NCBI GenBank assembly: GCA_965279375.1
Contig: OZ257156.1
Span: forward strand, 5,024,001 to 5,088,000
Direction of reading: 5' to 3'
Source: Gemmatimonas sp.
GTDB lineage: Bacteria; Gemmatimonadota; Gemmatimonadetes; Gemmatimonadales; Gemmatimonadaceae
Length of the DNA stretch: 64,000 nucleotides
Shown: piece after piece, positions 21,901-30,720 of the stretch
How the letters are laid out: the number at the start of each line of letters is the position of its first letter
How positions within the stretch are numbered: the stretch's first letter is position 1
Notes under the pieces: model-generated
The model's input: only the letters and a program-made list of their open reading frames with translations
Told to the model about the DNA's origin: nothing
Database searches by the model: none
Translations under genes and position numbers: made by a program

Positions 21901-22698
21901 GTTCACCTGGGCGCCGCTGAAGCCGCCGTTGGCGACGTCGTAGCCCGTGCGGATCTGCGTGCTGACATTGGCGTCGCGCGGAATACTGGAGAGCCCCGAC
22001 TGCTGACCATTGATGGACGAATTGTTCTGCGCACCATCGAGCCCGAAGATGGAAAAGCGATCGGGGTTGCCGTCGATGCCTGGTATCAGTTGAACGCCGG
22101 GGATCGAGCTGGCCATCGCCGCGAGATTACCGGCCTGCTCTGGCGAGAGGCGCGTGCTGCCGAGGCTGTTGTCGACGCCGGCGACGTCCTGTGATCGGTT
22201 CGAGTCGTTGCGCCCGGGGGCTTCCTTGGGGCCGTTGGCCGCCACATTCACCGTCGCGAGCGTCTGGGCGTTCGACAGCCGCATGTCGGCCAACAGGACC
22301 TCCTCGTCCGCGACGCGCTTGATCTCGATTCGCCTTGGTTGATAACCCAGCGCTGCATACGAGACCCAATAGTCTCCTTCGCCATTCGGGAAGGTGACAC
22401 TGAATCGGCCATTCTTGTCCGTGCGGGCGGCTTTGGTGATCCCCCCGAAGTACGACACGATCGAAATCTGTACGTTGAGGATCGGCTGACTGTCGGGGCC
22501 CGTAACGCGACCGCGAATGATGTCCGCCGTCTGCTGCGCGGCGAGTGGGCGGGCCGCCGGCGTGAGCGCCACAACCGCTGCCGCGAGGAAGACGGCGGCG
22601 AGCACCGCAGTCGACCGACTTACCAACCGTTGCAGTGGTGAGAGCCGGCGGACGCCATGGGCGCGCGCCTGCCGAAGCCGGAGAGGTACTGAATTCAT
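18934..22698 (-). CDS. TonB-dependent/Oar-like outer-membrane receptor with an N-terminal carboxypeptidase-regulatory-like domain and a C-terminal helical extension
   Basis: IIRGRVTGPD...RTDKNGRF; plug GGFSGAQVN.T.SGTN; barrel motifs YGVRVD, SPRVGFSW and GDVNGDG.SND; start uncertain. Confidence 0.8.
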   Translation of the reverse strand: MNSVPLRLRQARAHGVRRLSPLQRLVSRSTAVLAAVFLAAAVVALTPAARPLAAQQTADIIRGRVTGPDSQPILNVQISIVSYFGGITKAARTDKNGRFSVTFPNGEGDYWVSYAALGYQPRRIEIKRVADEEVLLADMRLSNAQTLATVNVAANGPKEAPGRNDSNRSQDVAGVDNSLGSTRLSPEQAGNLAAMASSIPGVQLIPGIDGNPDRFSIFGLDGAQNNSSINGQQSGLSSIPRDANVSTQIRTGYDVANGGFSGAQVNIGTQSGTNYIARSASGVFNAPQAQWNDRVGRASEYSNISIGGRTSGPIVLDKDFYNVSFQFDRRSQNLATLISSTPVVFQSAGIAADSVARLRSILGRLGVPATTSALGDNSPRTSASLLGTFDWAPKSASSGQAFNIAFNGSFSSAGPQGAQMASQTPASLAESRNMSGGTQLRHTNYFGSGVLTESMVSLSGSRFQSDPYLALPGGTVLVTSSLADGTATARSLAFGGSANASSNRSASLSGRNMLSWFSSNNRHRIKLITELRVDRSSTEQAFNLLGRYTYQSLADLEAEQPSSYSRVLNPVNRSGSALVGAIALGDAWRPSQDIQVQYGVRVDGNRFLSTPNDNPLVRETFGIANTNVPNKLYFSPRVGFSWLYGKASQIAFSDGFFAGPRATIRGGVGVFQNMRGPDLVTGAIANTGLPGSAQQLTCTGSATPIVDWDVLRADAGAVPTQCANGTGGTVFANGLPSVTLFSPNYKQEKSLRGNLSWSGNVLDNRFSLQVNGTYSYNLNQADALDLNFRPQQQFTLATEGGRPVFVQPGSIDPRSGLIASRDARVSPLFNVVSSQQSNLHSQSRQVSVTLAPFTITLPKIRWNLQYAYLNVNEQFRGFTSTVGDPFGIANTTGSAPRHDISYTLSYNFRNFATLSWNGRLTSGSRFTPVIAGDVNGDGRSNDRAFVFDPAQNADPVLTSAMQSLLNTGSSAAKDCLRRQLGQLASRNSCVGPWTSGNSTLRIQLNPARIRLPQRTTLSFTVSNPIGAADLLLHGDSKLRGWGQAPVLDQSLLFLRGFDASNKRYQYEVNQRFGSTRATQMLTRTPVVVTMQMAVDLAPTRDWQNLRLALDRGRSRSGVKMTEPQVRQYSAGIFPNPMAMLLSAESDLHLSRKQADSLATMSRRYTRLVDSLWTPAAKYLAALPKEYDRSSAQQRLVAARMTAIGYLLQAAPSAKAMLTKGQIRVLPSYIGNMLEPRNLELMRMGQSGGEFFYFY

Positions 22699-22831
22699 GG
22701 CATTTGCTCGCGTGCGCGGGGGAGACGTGAGGTGCCGCCAATGCATTTCGGTGATGCGTACCACAGTGTACGACGCGGGTTCCGTTAGGATTCGATTACG
22801 AACGTCCCGTCCCAGCGAGTTCCGGACACAC

Positions 22832-22867
22832 AAAGAAAAGACGGTCACCCGCATCGGGTGACCGTCT
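22832..22867 (-). terminator. Intrinsic terminator of the KGG gene
   Basis: Perfect 13-bp stem AGACGGTCACCCG-cat-CGGGTGACCGTCT followed by TTTCTTT on the minus strand. Confidence 0.8.
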
Positions 22868-22942
22868 CTCTCTCGCTACGCCACGCGAAAAGCGAGGCGG
22901 TAACGCGTGGTTAGCGCAGAATCACGCGCCAACCAGTTGTAT

Positions 22943-23317
22943 TCAACGGGTCGCGTTCGGCCCGTTCGTCTGCGGCGCGATGGTACGTGGCGCGTCGGCA
23001 CGAACACCCACGCGACGCAGATCCGCGATACCCTCACGAGACATCGGCAGCGGAACCTCGCGCTCAGTCAGGCGAAGCTGACGCGCTTCGCGAGCCGCTG
23101 CACTGCGAGACTCACCACCTTCCCGTCCGATCGCGGCCATGTGGGCCCGATCCTGACTGACGGTCACGCCGCCCTTCCGTCCTGCATTGCGGGCCTCGTC
23201 AGACGACCACTCGTGCGCCGTGCCCTTCTCGTGCGCCGCGCGGCCTCCCTTGCTCGCAATTTCCTTCTGTCGTGCGGGATCCATGGACGCGAATCCGCGT
23301 CGGCTCTTTCCGGTCAT
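22943..23317 (-). CDS. General stress protein, KGG domain
   Basis: RGFASMDPARQKEIASKGG...AHEWSSDEARNAGRKGG...DRAHMAAIGREGG. Confidence 0.88.
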   Translation of the reverse strand: MTGKSRRGFASMDPARQKEIASKGGRAAHEKGTAHEWSSDEARNAGRKGGVTVSQDRAHMAAIGREGGESRSAAAREARQLRLTEREVPLPMSREGIADLRRVGVRADAPRTIAPQTNGPNATR

Positions 23318-23519
23318 TTGCCCCCCGGCTCCGGACGTGTACCAACAACCTGCGTTCACGGGGGATAAGCGGCCATGGGCCATTCCATCCCGCGAGAAAC
23401 GCCGAGCTTCACACTCCTCAGTCTGCAAACATCGGACCGTTCCATTTGGCTGGAATACGAACATGCTGAGCCGGGCCTGAGCCAGTCCAGCCGCACTCGA
23501 CGGGCCTATATTGCGCGCC

Positions 23520-24458
23520 ATGCCGCTTCTCGTCCGCTTTCTTGGTACCGCCGCGTCCCGCCCCACAGTCGAACGCGCCGTCAGCTCGCTCGCCATCATT
23601 CGAGAAGGCGACACGTTTCTGATTGATTGTGGCGAAGGGACCCAGCGGCAGATGATGCGCTACGGCATCTCGTTTTCGTTCAGTGATCTGTTCTTCACGC
23701 ACACCCACTCCGACCACATCCTTGGGCTGACTGGGCTGCTCCGAACCCTCCAGCTGCAGGGCCGCACCGAGCCGCTGCGCCTCTGGGGGCCGCCGGGCGC
23801 AAGCAGAACGTTGCGTCAATGCATCAGTCTGGGTGGCGAACGTACGACGTTCGACGTCACAATGACCGAACTAGAGCCGGGCTCTTCTGTCAAGCGCGGG
23901 GACTACCGGTTCGACACCTTCGCCGTCGACCACCGCGGCTGCTCGTCCATCGGATACGCCTTGGTGGAAGAAGAGCGGCTCGGTCGATTCAATCCCGAGT
24001 TGGCTCGTTCGCTCGGCATCCCCGAAGGCCCGCTCTGGGGGCGTATCCACAAAGGCGAAGCGATCACGCTCGACGATGGTCGGGTGATCGAGGCTTCGGT
24101 GCTGGTGGGCGAGCGCCGCCGCGGCCGTCGCATTGTCGTCACTGGGGATACACGCCCCTGCGAGGCAACCGTGGAGGCGTCACGCGACGCGGATCTGCTC
24201 ATTCATGAAGCAACCTTTGCCGATGAAGAAGCAGCCCGAGCGCTGGAGACGGGTCATAGCACGGCGCGTGAAGCCGCCGAGGTCGCGAAGAAGGCGGGCG
24301 CGCGTCGTCTGCTGCTGACGCACATCTCGGCGCGGTACTCGCGCGACGCACACGAGCTCGAGCGTGAAGCGAAGCAGGTGTTCGCCAACACGAGTACCGC
24401 GCGGGACGGGACGGAGGTCGAGTTGGGGCTGACGGAGGAGACGGTCGGGGTCGAGTAG
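23520..24458 (+). CDS. rnz: Ribonuclease Z
   Basis: FLGT, DCGEGTQRQ, THTHSDH, GP exosite arm, GDTRP, HEATF, GHST and THISARY. Confidence 0.95.
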   Translation: MPLLVRFLGTAASRPTVERAVSSLAIIREGDTFLIDCGEGTQRQMMRYGISFSFSDLFFTHTHSDHILGLTGLLRTLQLQGRTEPLRLWGPPGASRTLRQCISLGGERTTFDVTMTELEPGSSVKRGDYRFDTFAVDHRGCSSIGYALVEEERLGRFNPELARSLGIPEGPLWGRIHKGEAITLDDGRVIEASVLVGERRRGRRIVVTGDTRPCEATVEASRDADLLIHEATFADEEAARALETGHSTAREAAEVAKKAGARRLLLTHISARYSRDAHELEREAKQVFANTSTARDGTEVELGLTEETVGVE

Positions 24459-24498
24459 GGTGTGGCACGGGGGCAACAGGCCACTGGACGCGACTGGA

Positions 24499-26904
24499 TC
24501 AGTCGCCCGTGAATAGCGAATCGGGTGGCCGGACGATCAGACCCGGGACGACGGCTTCCAGTGCTGGCGTGAAGAGCGGGAGTTGGGAGTCGTCGGCGAA
24601 GAGCGTGGCGAAGTCTTCATCCGTGAACGCCGTGGCGAGACGGGTGGCGAAGGTTCGACGGAGCAGAGCGACGTAATAGTCCGCGTCGTAGTCGCGGGGA
24701 TCCGCGGCAGCGTCCGGTGTGTCGTCGTCGCCGGTCAGAAGGACTGCTCCTCCGGCCGTGGTGCGATAGACGTGCACGCGCTCGCCTACCCGCCAGCTCG
24801 TGCGCCCCGACGTGAGCAACGCTTCATAGACGTGCTCACGACGCGTGGCACGGCTGGCAGCATAGCGTTCCGCTGTGCGCGTGAGTCGCACGCGTGAAGT
24901 GACCTGGACGGTCGGCATCGCACGGGTGCGCAGCGCGCGAACCGTCTCCAGGTACGCCGCGCGCACGCCGAGCACATCACCGCGGAGGAGCGCCGTGATC
25001 GCCGCGCGCAGAAACGCCTCGCCAAAGGGCTCCGCGCGACTCGAGCGAAAGGCAACGCCGCGCAGCACCAGCGCGCCGTCGTAGCCCAGCAACGCGTAAT
25101 TCTTGGGCTGATGCGACAGCATCGCCGCGTAGCGCCCTTCGAACTCCAGCTGCACGAGAGGCGGCAGGAGCGCGGCCACTTCACCGACGACGCGGCGCTC
25201 ATCGGTTTCGCTCCAGTGCGCCGGCACCGCGAAGTACACGCCGTCGGTGTCGGCTTCGAGCAGCGTCACGCCGCGAGCGGCGAGCTCGCGACACATCATC
25301 TCCAACGTCTCGCGACCGCGCCGTGTGACTTCGTTGGCCGCATGTACATCCGCAAAGCGCGTGAGCCCTTCACCGGCCGCGAGATAGCCGTAGGCGGAAT
25401 TGACCACGAGCTTCATCGCCGCCGAGAGCGCGTCATGCGTGTGGCGTTCGGCAGAGCCCGCGGGCGCGCGTCGACCGGCGGCCTTTGCGGCGAGTCGCTG
25501 TTCCACCAGGCGATCGACCAAGGCAAGCAGCGCACCCAGCCGATCGCGCGAGGGCCCGATGCGGAAGGCGCGCATGAGTGATGGATACAGGCTGGCCACG
25601 TCGGCTTTAACGACGCGCTGCGCGACACCGGTGGCGAAGAGATGGAGCGCGGCGCCGGTATGTACGGTGCCGTCCCCCGGCGCGTGGGCGGGGATGGCCA
25701 TTCCTGCACGCAAGTATGCGCGCACCAGCAGCGGATCGATCACGCCGGTCGCGGCGCCAGCATCGGCCAGTCGCTCGTAGCGACGTGGCGCCATACGCGC
25801 GAGCGCGAATGCCGCGCCGCCAAGCAATCGCGCGAGTGCGGCGACCTCCTCCACGTCCGCCGTCGCGTACCGTCGAACGCGATCGGGATCCGTACGATAC
25901 ACGGTGGCGATCTGATCGCCGGGAATGAGTTCGCGCGCGGGACCGGCGATGCCGAAGTGTCGCGCCACGGCCTTGAGCCCGTGGCCGGGAAGATCTCGCG
26001 CAGAAAAGTCGTAGCGACGCACCGCGTCGAGCGTGTCGATCAATTCCCGCCCCGGCGCGATGAAGCGCACACGCCGACTCGCATCGAACGAACTCACGGC
26101 GCCACGAAGCGCCGCACGTTGCGACAACGTTCGCGAGGCGACGCGACCCAATGACAGCGACACCCCCAACTTGCGCGCGCGACGATCGAGAAACGGCAAA
26201 TCGAAGCCGTGCAGGTTGTGGTTCTCGATGACATCGGGATCGGCGCGCTGAACGACATCGACGAGCTGCCGTATCAGCGCGACCTCCCCCGCATCGTTGT
26301 CCGACGGCGCCTCCAGCAGTTGCGTGCGACCATCAGGCGTGCGTACCGCAATCATGAAAATGCGATCGTGTTCGGCGTCGAGCCCAGTGGTCTCGAGATC
26401 GAACTGCAGCCGATGCAAATCATCGAACGTGAGGCCGCCAAAGTACGTGCGACCCGTCGCGACGAGATACTGCTCCTCCGCCGGCAAGGTGAACACCGCA
26501 TCCGACGGCAAGTCGCGCACATGATTGATGCGCTGGCCAAGTCGCTTGCATGCGCCACGCAACACCGCGTCCTGCAGCGTGCTCACGCGCTCGGCGCTCA
26601 CCAGGAACCGCAGCGCCCCGGGACCGTCCAGCTCACGGTAGGCGACGGTTGCATTGTTCGTCGTCGCGGTCGATACCGTCTCGCTTGCCGTCTCGCTCTC
26701 GGCGACGAGCTGCGGTCCCAGATGCGTCAGGTCGTCGAGCGAATCGAGCAGCATCCACGGACGAAAGCGCGCGTCTTCGCGGATAACCGTAGACGCGCCT
26801 GCCTCTCGCCGCCACAGCTGTACGACGCCATCGCCCGTGGCCCACACGGACACGATGCCGGGCGTGGGATCCCATCCCCACAGCCACTCATCTTCGTTGC
26901 GCAT
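24499..26904 (-). CDS. polB: Family B DNA polymerase with 3'-5' exonuclease domain
   Basis: ExoI FDLETTG, ExoII HNLHGFDLPFL, ExoIII YATADV; polymerase motifs DVASLYPS, KLVVNSAYG and ADTDG; C-terminal QLPLF. Confidence 0.9.
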   Translation of the reverse strand: MRNEDEWLWGWDPTPGIVSVWATGDGVVQLWRREAGASTVIREDARFRPWMLLDSLDDLTHLGPQLVAESETASETVSTATTNNATVAYRELDGPGALRFLVSAERVSTLQDAVLRGACKRLGQRINHVRDLPSDAVFTLPAEEQYLVATGRTYFGGLTFDDLHRLQFDLETTGLDAEHDRIFMIAVRTPDGRTQLLEAPSDNDAGEVALIRQLVDVVQRADPDVIENHNLHGFDLPFLDRRARKLGVSLSLGRVASRTLSQRAALRGAVSSFDASRRVRFIAPGRELIDTLDAVRRYDFSARDLPGHGLKAVARHFGIAGPARELIPGDQIATVYRTDPDRVRRYATADVEEVAALARLLGGAAFALARMAPRRYERLADAGAATGVIDPLLVRAYLRAGMAIPAHAPGDGTVHTGAALHLFATGVAQRVVKADVASLYPSLMRAFRIGPSRDRLGALLALVDRLVEQRLAAKAAGRRAPAGSAERHTHDALSAAMKLVVNSAYGYLAAGEGLTRFADVHAANEVTRRGRETLEMMCRELAARGVTLLEADTDGVYFAVPAHWSETDERRVVGEVAALLPPLVQLEFEGRYAAMLSHQPKNYALLGYDGALVLRGVAFRSSRAEPFGEAFLRAAITALLRGDVLGVRAAYLETVRALRTRAMPTVQVTSRVRLTRTAERYAASRATRREHVYEALLTSGRTSWRVGERVHVYRTTAGGAVLLTGDDDTPDAAADPRDYDADYYVALLRRTFATRLATAFTDEDFATLFADDSQLPLFTPALEAVVPGLIVRPPDSLFTGD

Positions 26905-26916
26905 GGCAGGCAGCGC

Positions 26917-28182
26917 TCAGGCCGTGCGAACTTCCGGCTGCAGTTGGCGCAGGCGACGCAGGGCGGGATTACGCCACGCGACCACGCTGACCACAACCAG
27001 CGTTGCCAAGCCACCCAACACGACGCTCGGCACCGTGCCAAGCGCTTTCGCCGCAGCGCCGGATTCAATGGCGCCAATCTCGTTGGACGAACCGATGAAG
27101 ATCTGGTTCACCGCCGACACACGACCGAGCAGACTTTCAGGAGTACGCGACTGCAGCATCACACTGCGAATCACCACACTCACCATGTCGAACGCACCGC
27201 TGAGTACGAGCGCGGCCACCGACAACCACAGCGTGGTGCTCAGGCCAAAGCCAATCATGCATGCCCCAAAGCCAGTGACGGCAATGAGCAGATTGCGGCC
27301 GGTGCGCGCGAACGGCGGCCAGCGGGTGAGCGCGATGCTGGTGAGCAACGCACCGACCGCAGGCGCGGCGCGCAGGATGCCCAACCCGGTCGGGCCGACG
27401 TGCAGAATCTCTGCCGCAAACACCGGCAACAGCGCCGTCGCACCGCCAAACAGCACCGAGAACAGATCGAGCGTGAGCGCACTGAGCAGCATTGGCTCGC
27501 CAAAAACGAAGCGCAGTCCTCCGGTAAGCGACGTGAGGATTGGCTCGTTGCTGACCTCACGCACTGGCGATTTGTGTCGTACGGCGAACATCAGCGCCAC
27601 GGCCACGGTCATGAGCACGACGTCCACCGCGTAACCCAGCGTAGTGCCACCGATGGCGTACAGGACTCCGCCGAGCGCGGGTCCGGCCACAGCGGCCATC
27701 TGCCAACTACCGGTGCGCCACGTGACGGAGTTGGTGAAGATCGCGCGTGGGACGAGTTCCGCGCTGAGTGCCTGTCGCGCAGGCTGCAGGAACGCGCGGG
27801 CCACACCGCTCACCACAATCACGAGGTAGATGGCGTTGACGCGCGGGCGAACGCTCATCGCGTTGCCCATCGGCAGGTCGTGTGCGAGCAGCCAGAGGGC
27901 GACGGAGCAGATCACGAGTATCGCGAGCGCGAAGATCGCGATGCGGCGCCTGTCGTGCGTGTCGGCGACATGCCCTGAGAAGAGCGACATGCTGATCGCG
28001 GGCAATGCTTCGGCGAGACCAACCAGGCCCAGCGCCAGTGGATCTTTGGTGAGGTCGTAGATCTGCCATCCCACCACCGTCCCTTGGATTTGGAGGCCGA
28101 GGGTCAGCGTGAAGAGGGCGATGATGTAGCGACGGAAATTCGGAATGCGAAGTGCGGCGTACGGATCAGCGGTGCTGGACAT
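26917..28182 (-). CDS. MFS transporter (DHA3/EntS-like)
   Basis: About 12 hydrophobic segments; GHVADTHDRRR motif A; LTLDLFSVLFGGA; LLGRVSAVN. Confidence 0.9.
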   Translation of the reverse strand: MSSTADPYAALRIPNFRRYIIALFTLTLGLQIQGTVVGWQIYDLTKDPLALGLVGLAEALPAISMSLFSGHVADTHDRRRIAIFALAILVICSVALWLLAHDLPMGNAMSVRPRVNAIYLVIVVSGVARAFLQPARQALSAELVPRAIFTNSVTWRTGSWQMAAVAGPALGGVLYAIGGTTLGYAVDVVLMTVAVALMFAVRHKSPVREVSNEPILTSLTGGLRFVFGEPMLLSALTLDLFSVLFGGATALLPVFAAEILHVGPTGLGILRAAPAVGALLTSIALTRWPPFARTGRNLLIAVTGFGACMIGFGLSTTLWLSVAALVLSGAFDMVSVVIRSVMLQSRTPESLLGRVSAVNQIFIGSSNEIGAIESGAAAKALGTVPSVVLGGLATLVVVSVVAWRNPALRRLRQLQPEVRTA

Positions 28183-28192
28183 CAAATGGACA

Positions 28193-29419
28193 TCAATGCG
28201 TGGAGCGGAAGACCGCTTGACGGAGGCGCACTGATGGCGCGATCGATCGCCGGCGCGAGGGGGCACGGTATCGGGCGCGCTGCGCAACGCCATCGAGCGT
28301 GGCAGAGGCATCGAAGGCGCGCCCGAGTGCGTCGCGTACGGTGGCCGATACGGGCGGCTTGTCGAGCGCGATGAGCTGATACGCGGGCGCGGCGACGGTT
28401 GCGATAGGCCAGTCGCGCGATCCCAGTGCGCTCCGACCCGAGAGCATGAGCGCCAGCGATTCGCCATCGCTCGACGGACGCGCGGCAACGTCGTAGTCAC
28501 CGCGAGTCCACTGCACGCGGCTGGAATCCTTGGCCCACTCGGGAAGCGTGGCGCGCACTGCCGTCCACCAATTCGGTGCGGCAATGCTGATGGGCGGCAA
28601 GTAAATCGCGAGGGCCTCGCCGTCGGCGCTGGCACCCGGCACGAGGAACGCCACCGCCGGAGCACGGCTGCTGTCGGTCAGCCCAAAGCTGGTGGAGTCG
28701 AAACGGAAGCTGTCGAGCGCCTCGCGGGCGAGCTCTGCGCGATCGTCGCTGACGTTGCGGACCGAGTCGAGCAACTGTGCCAACGACGCACGAGCGGCAG
28801 CGGTTACGCGCGTCGCTTCGGCCTCGCCAACCAGCGCGGCGAGCGTGGCCAACTGGCCCGTGCGCACATCGACCACGGCGCGACGTCCCACGTGGCGGTG
28901 CGTTTCGCCACCATCTACGTCGATGTCGAGCAGCTGACGGAAGGTCAGCCACGGTCCGTGCACGTCCACGATCTCGATCTCTTCACGCACGATGGTCAGT
29001 GGATCTTCCGGCGCTTCCTCGTCGTCGGGGTCGATGGGCGCGGCGGTGGGATGGCGCTTTTTCCAACTGGACGCCTCGCGCAGCACGGTGCTGTCGCTGA
29101 AGAGCGAGAGCGAGTCCTTCTGGGTGAGCTCGCGTGACCAGATGCGCGAGGATCCGAACGACGCGTCCTCGTACTCCACGCCGTCTTCCGAGATGAATAC
29201 CTCGTAGAACTTGCCGTCCGCCTGCGTGAGCAGGATGGGCGCACTGCGCACGCGCATGCCGTCTGCGCCGCTTCGCACCCAGTACGTGGAGTCACCTGCG
29301 GCAAAGAGAAATTCCGCGGCCGGCGGCACGCGCCCGGGCGCGCGACGTCCATCGCACGCAAGCGCGCTGACGCCCACGAGCGCAACGATCGCGCCCGTCA
29401 GTAGCGCACGATACGACAC
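28193..29419 (-). CDS. Hypothetical lipoprotein
   Basis: GTG start, hydrophobic signal ending SALAC; fills the operon gap between neighbours. Confidence 0.7.
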   Translation of the reverse strand: MSYRALLTGAIVALVGVSALACDGRRAPGRVPPAAEFLFAAGDSTYWVRSGADGMRVRSAPILLTQADGKFYEVFISEDGVEYEDASFGSSRIWSRELTQKDSLSLFSDSTVLREASSWKKRHPTAAPIDPDDEEAPEDPLTIVREEIEIVDVHGPWLTFRQLLDIDVDGGETHRHVGRRAVVDVRTGQLATLAALVGEAEATRVTAAARASLAQLLDSVRNVSDDRAELAREALDSFRFDSTSFGLTDSSRAPAVAFLVPGASADGEALAIYLPPISIAAPNWWTAVRATLPEWAKDSSRVQWTRGDYDVAARPSSDGESLALMLSGRSALGSRDWPIATVAAPAYQLIALDKPPVSATVRDALGRAFDASATLDGVAQRARYRAPSRRRSIAPSVRLRQAVFRSTH

Positions 29420-29433
29420 CGGTCGCAGGAGGC

Positions 29434-30720
29434 TCAGCGGCCGGCTCCGCGCAGGGCGCGTACGCCGTCGATGAGCCGCGCAATTTCGTCGGCGGTGGTA
29501 TAGCACGCACACCCTGCGCGCACAAAACCTTCCTCGGCGAAACCCAGCTTGCGGGCGACCGTGCTGGCGTAGAAATCGCCATGCGATACGTACACGCCGA
29601 GCGGCGCGAGTGCGCGCGAGACGGACTCGGAGGGATGTCCCTCCACGCGGAACGACAGCGTGGGCGTGCGCAGCGTGCCCGGTGGCGGTCCGTAGAGCGT
29701 GACGCCGTCGATGGCGGACAGACCGTCCCACAGCTGCGCGAACAACACGTCGCCGCGGGCGTGCAGCGCATCGAACGCCGTGGCGAGCTTGCTGCGGCGC
29801 GACGCCGAGCTGTCTTCGGTGAGCGACGCGAGGAAGTTCACCGCGGCGGCTGCGCCAACGATGCCTTCATGATTCTGCGTGCCCGTCTCGAGGCATTCGG
29901 GGACGTAGTCCGGCGCCGGTTCGAGGCGCGGCAGGTCGAGCGCGGCCGTGGCATCGTGGCGACCGTAGCACACCCCGATATGCGGCCCGTAGAACTTGTA
30001 GGCGCTGCAGAGAATGAAGTCGGCACCGATGGCGCGCGCGTCGACCAGCGAGTGCGGCGCATAGTGCACCGCGTCCACCACGGTGATTGCACCCGCGGCT
30101 CTGGCCATCGCGACCATCAGTGCGACGTCGGTCACGGTGCCCAGGATGTTGGAGCCCGCGCCGATGGCGACGACCTTCGTGCGCGGCGACAACAGTTTGG
30201 CGAACGCGCCTTCTTCGTGGCGATACGTCTTGAGATCGAGCGGCAACCAGCGCAGCACCGCACCACGCTCCTTCGCGAGCGCCTGCCACGGCGCGACGTT
30301 GGCGTGATGATCGAGCTCCGTCACGATGATCTCGTCACCCGGCTGCAACGTGCGACCGATCGCGCGCGAGATGTGAAAGAGAATCGTGGTCATGTTGGCG
30401 CCGAACGAAATCTCTCCAGCGCTCGCGCCGAGGAAATCCGCCAGTGCCTCGCGCGACGACGCGAGCAACGCATCCGTCTCGGCGCTGGTGGGATAGGCCC
30501 AGTGCGTATTGGCGTTGTGGTGCAGCAGATAGTTCGACATCGCGTCGGCGACAGCGCGCGGCACCTGCGTGCCTCCTGGGCCGTCGAAGAACGCCACGGA
30601 ATGCGCGCCTTCCTGCCGGGAGAGCGCCGGGAAGTGCGCCCGAATGCCGTCGGTGTACGCCACGCTCTCGTGCGCGCGCGTGGGCGAGGTGAACGTCGTC
30701 GCATCGTGCGTGATGGTCAC
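29434..30720 (-). CDS. Cysteine desulfurase-like class V PLP enzyme (VC1184/TIGR01976-type)
   Basis: FFDGPGGTQVP, LDHHANVAPW, VDAVHYAPH, CSAYKFYGPH and ETGTQNHE. Confidence 0.88.
   Translation of the reverse strand: MTITHDATTFTSPTRAHESVAYTDGIRAHFPALSRQEGAHSVAFFDGPGGTQVPRAVADAMSNYLLHHNANTHWAYPTSAETDALLASSREALADFLGASAGEISFGANMTTILFHISRAIGRTLQPGDEIIVTELDHHANVAPWQALAKERGAVLRWLPLDLKTYRHEEGAFAKLLSPRTKVVAIGAGSNILGTVTDVALMVAMARAAGAITVVDAVHYAPHSLVDARAIGADFILCSAYKFYGPHIGVCYGRHDATAALDLPRLEPAPDYVPECLETGTQNHEGIVGAAAAVNFLASLTEDSSASRRSKLATAFDALHARGDVLFAQLWDGLSAIDGVTLYGPPPGTLRTPTLSFRVEGHPSESVSRALAPLGVYVSHGDFYASTVARKLGFAEEGFVRAGCACYTTADEIARLIDGVRALRGAGR

Noticed and set aside
22699..22830. Cobalamin or TPP riboswitch upstream of the large TonB-dependent-type receptor
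   Set aside because: No B12-box or TPP core sequences recognised.
24499..26904. PolB as marker of a casposon, pipolin or phage
   Set aside because: No cas1, integrase, terminal repeats or virion genes; it sits among housekeeping genes with host-like composition.
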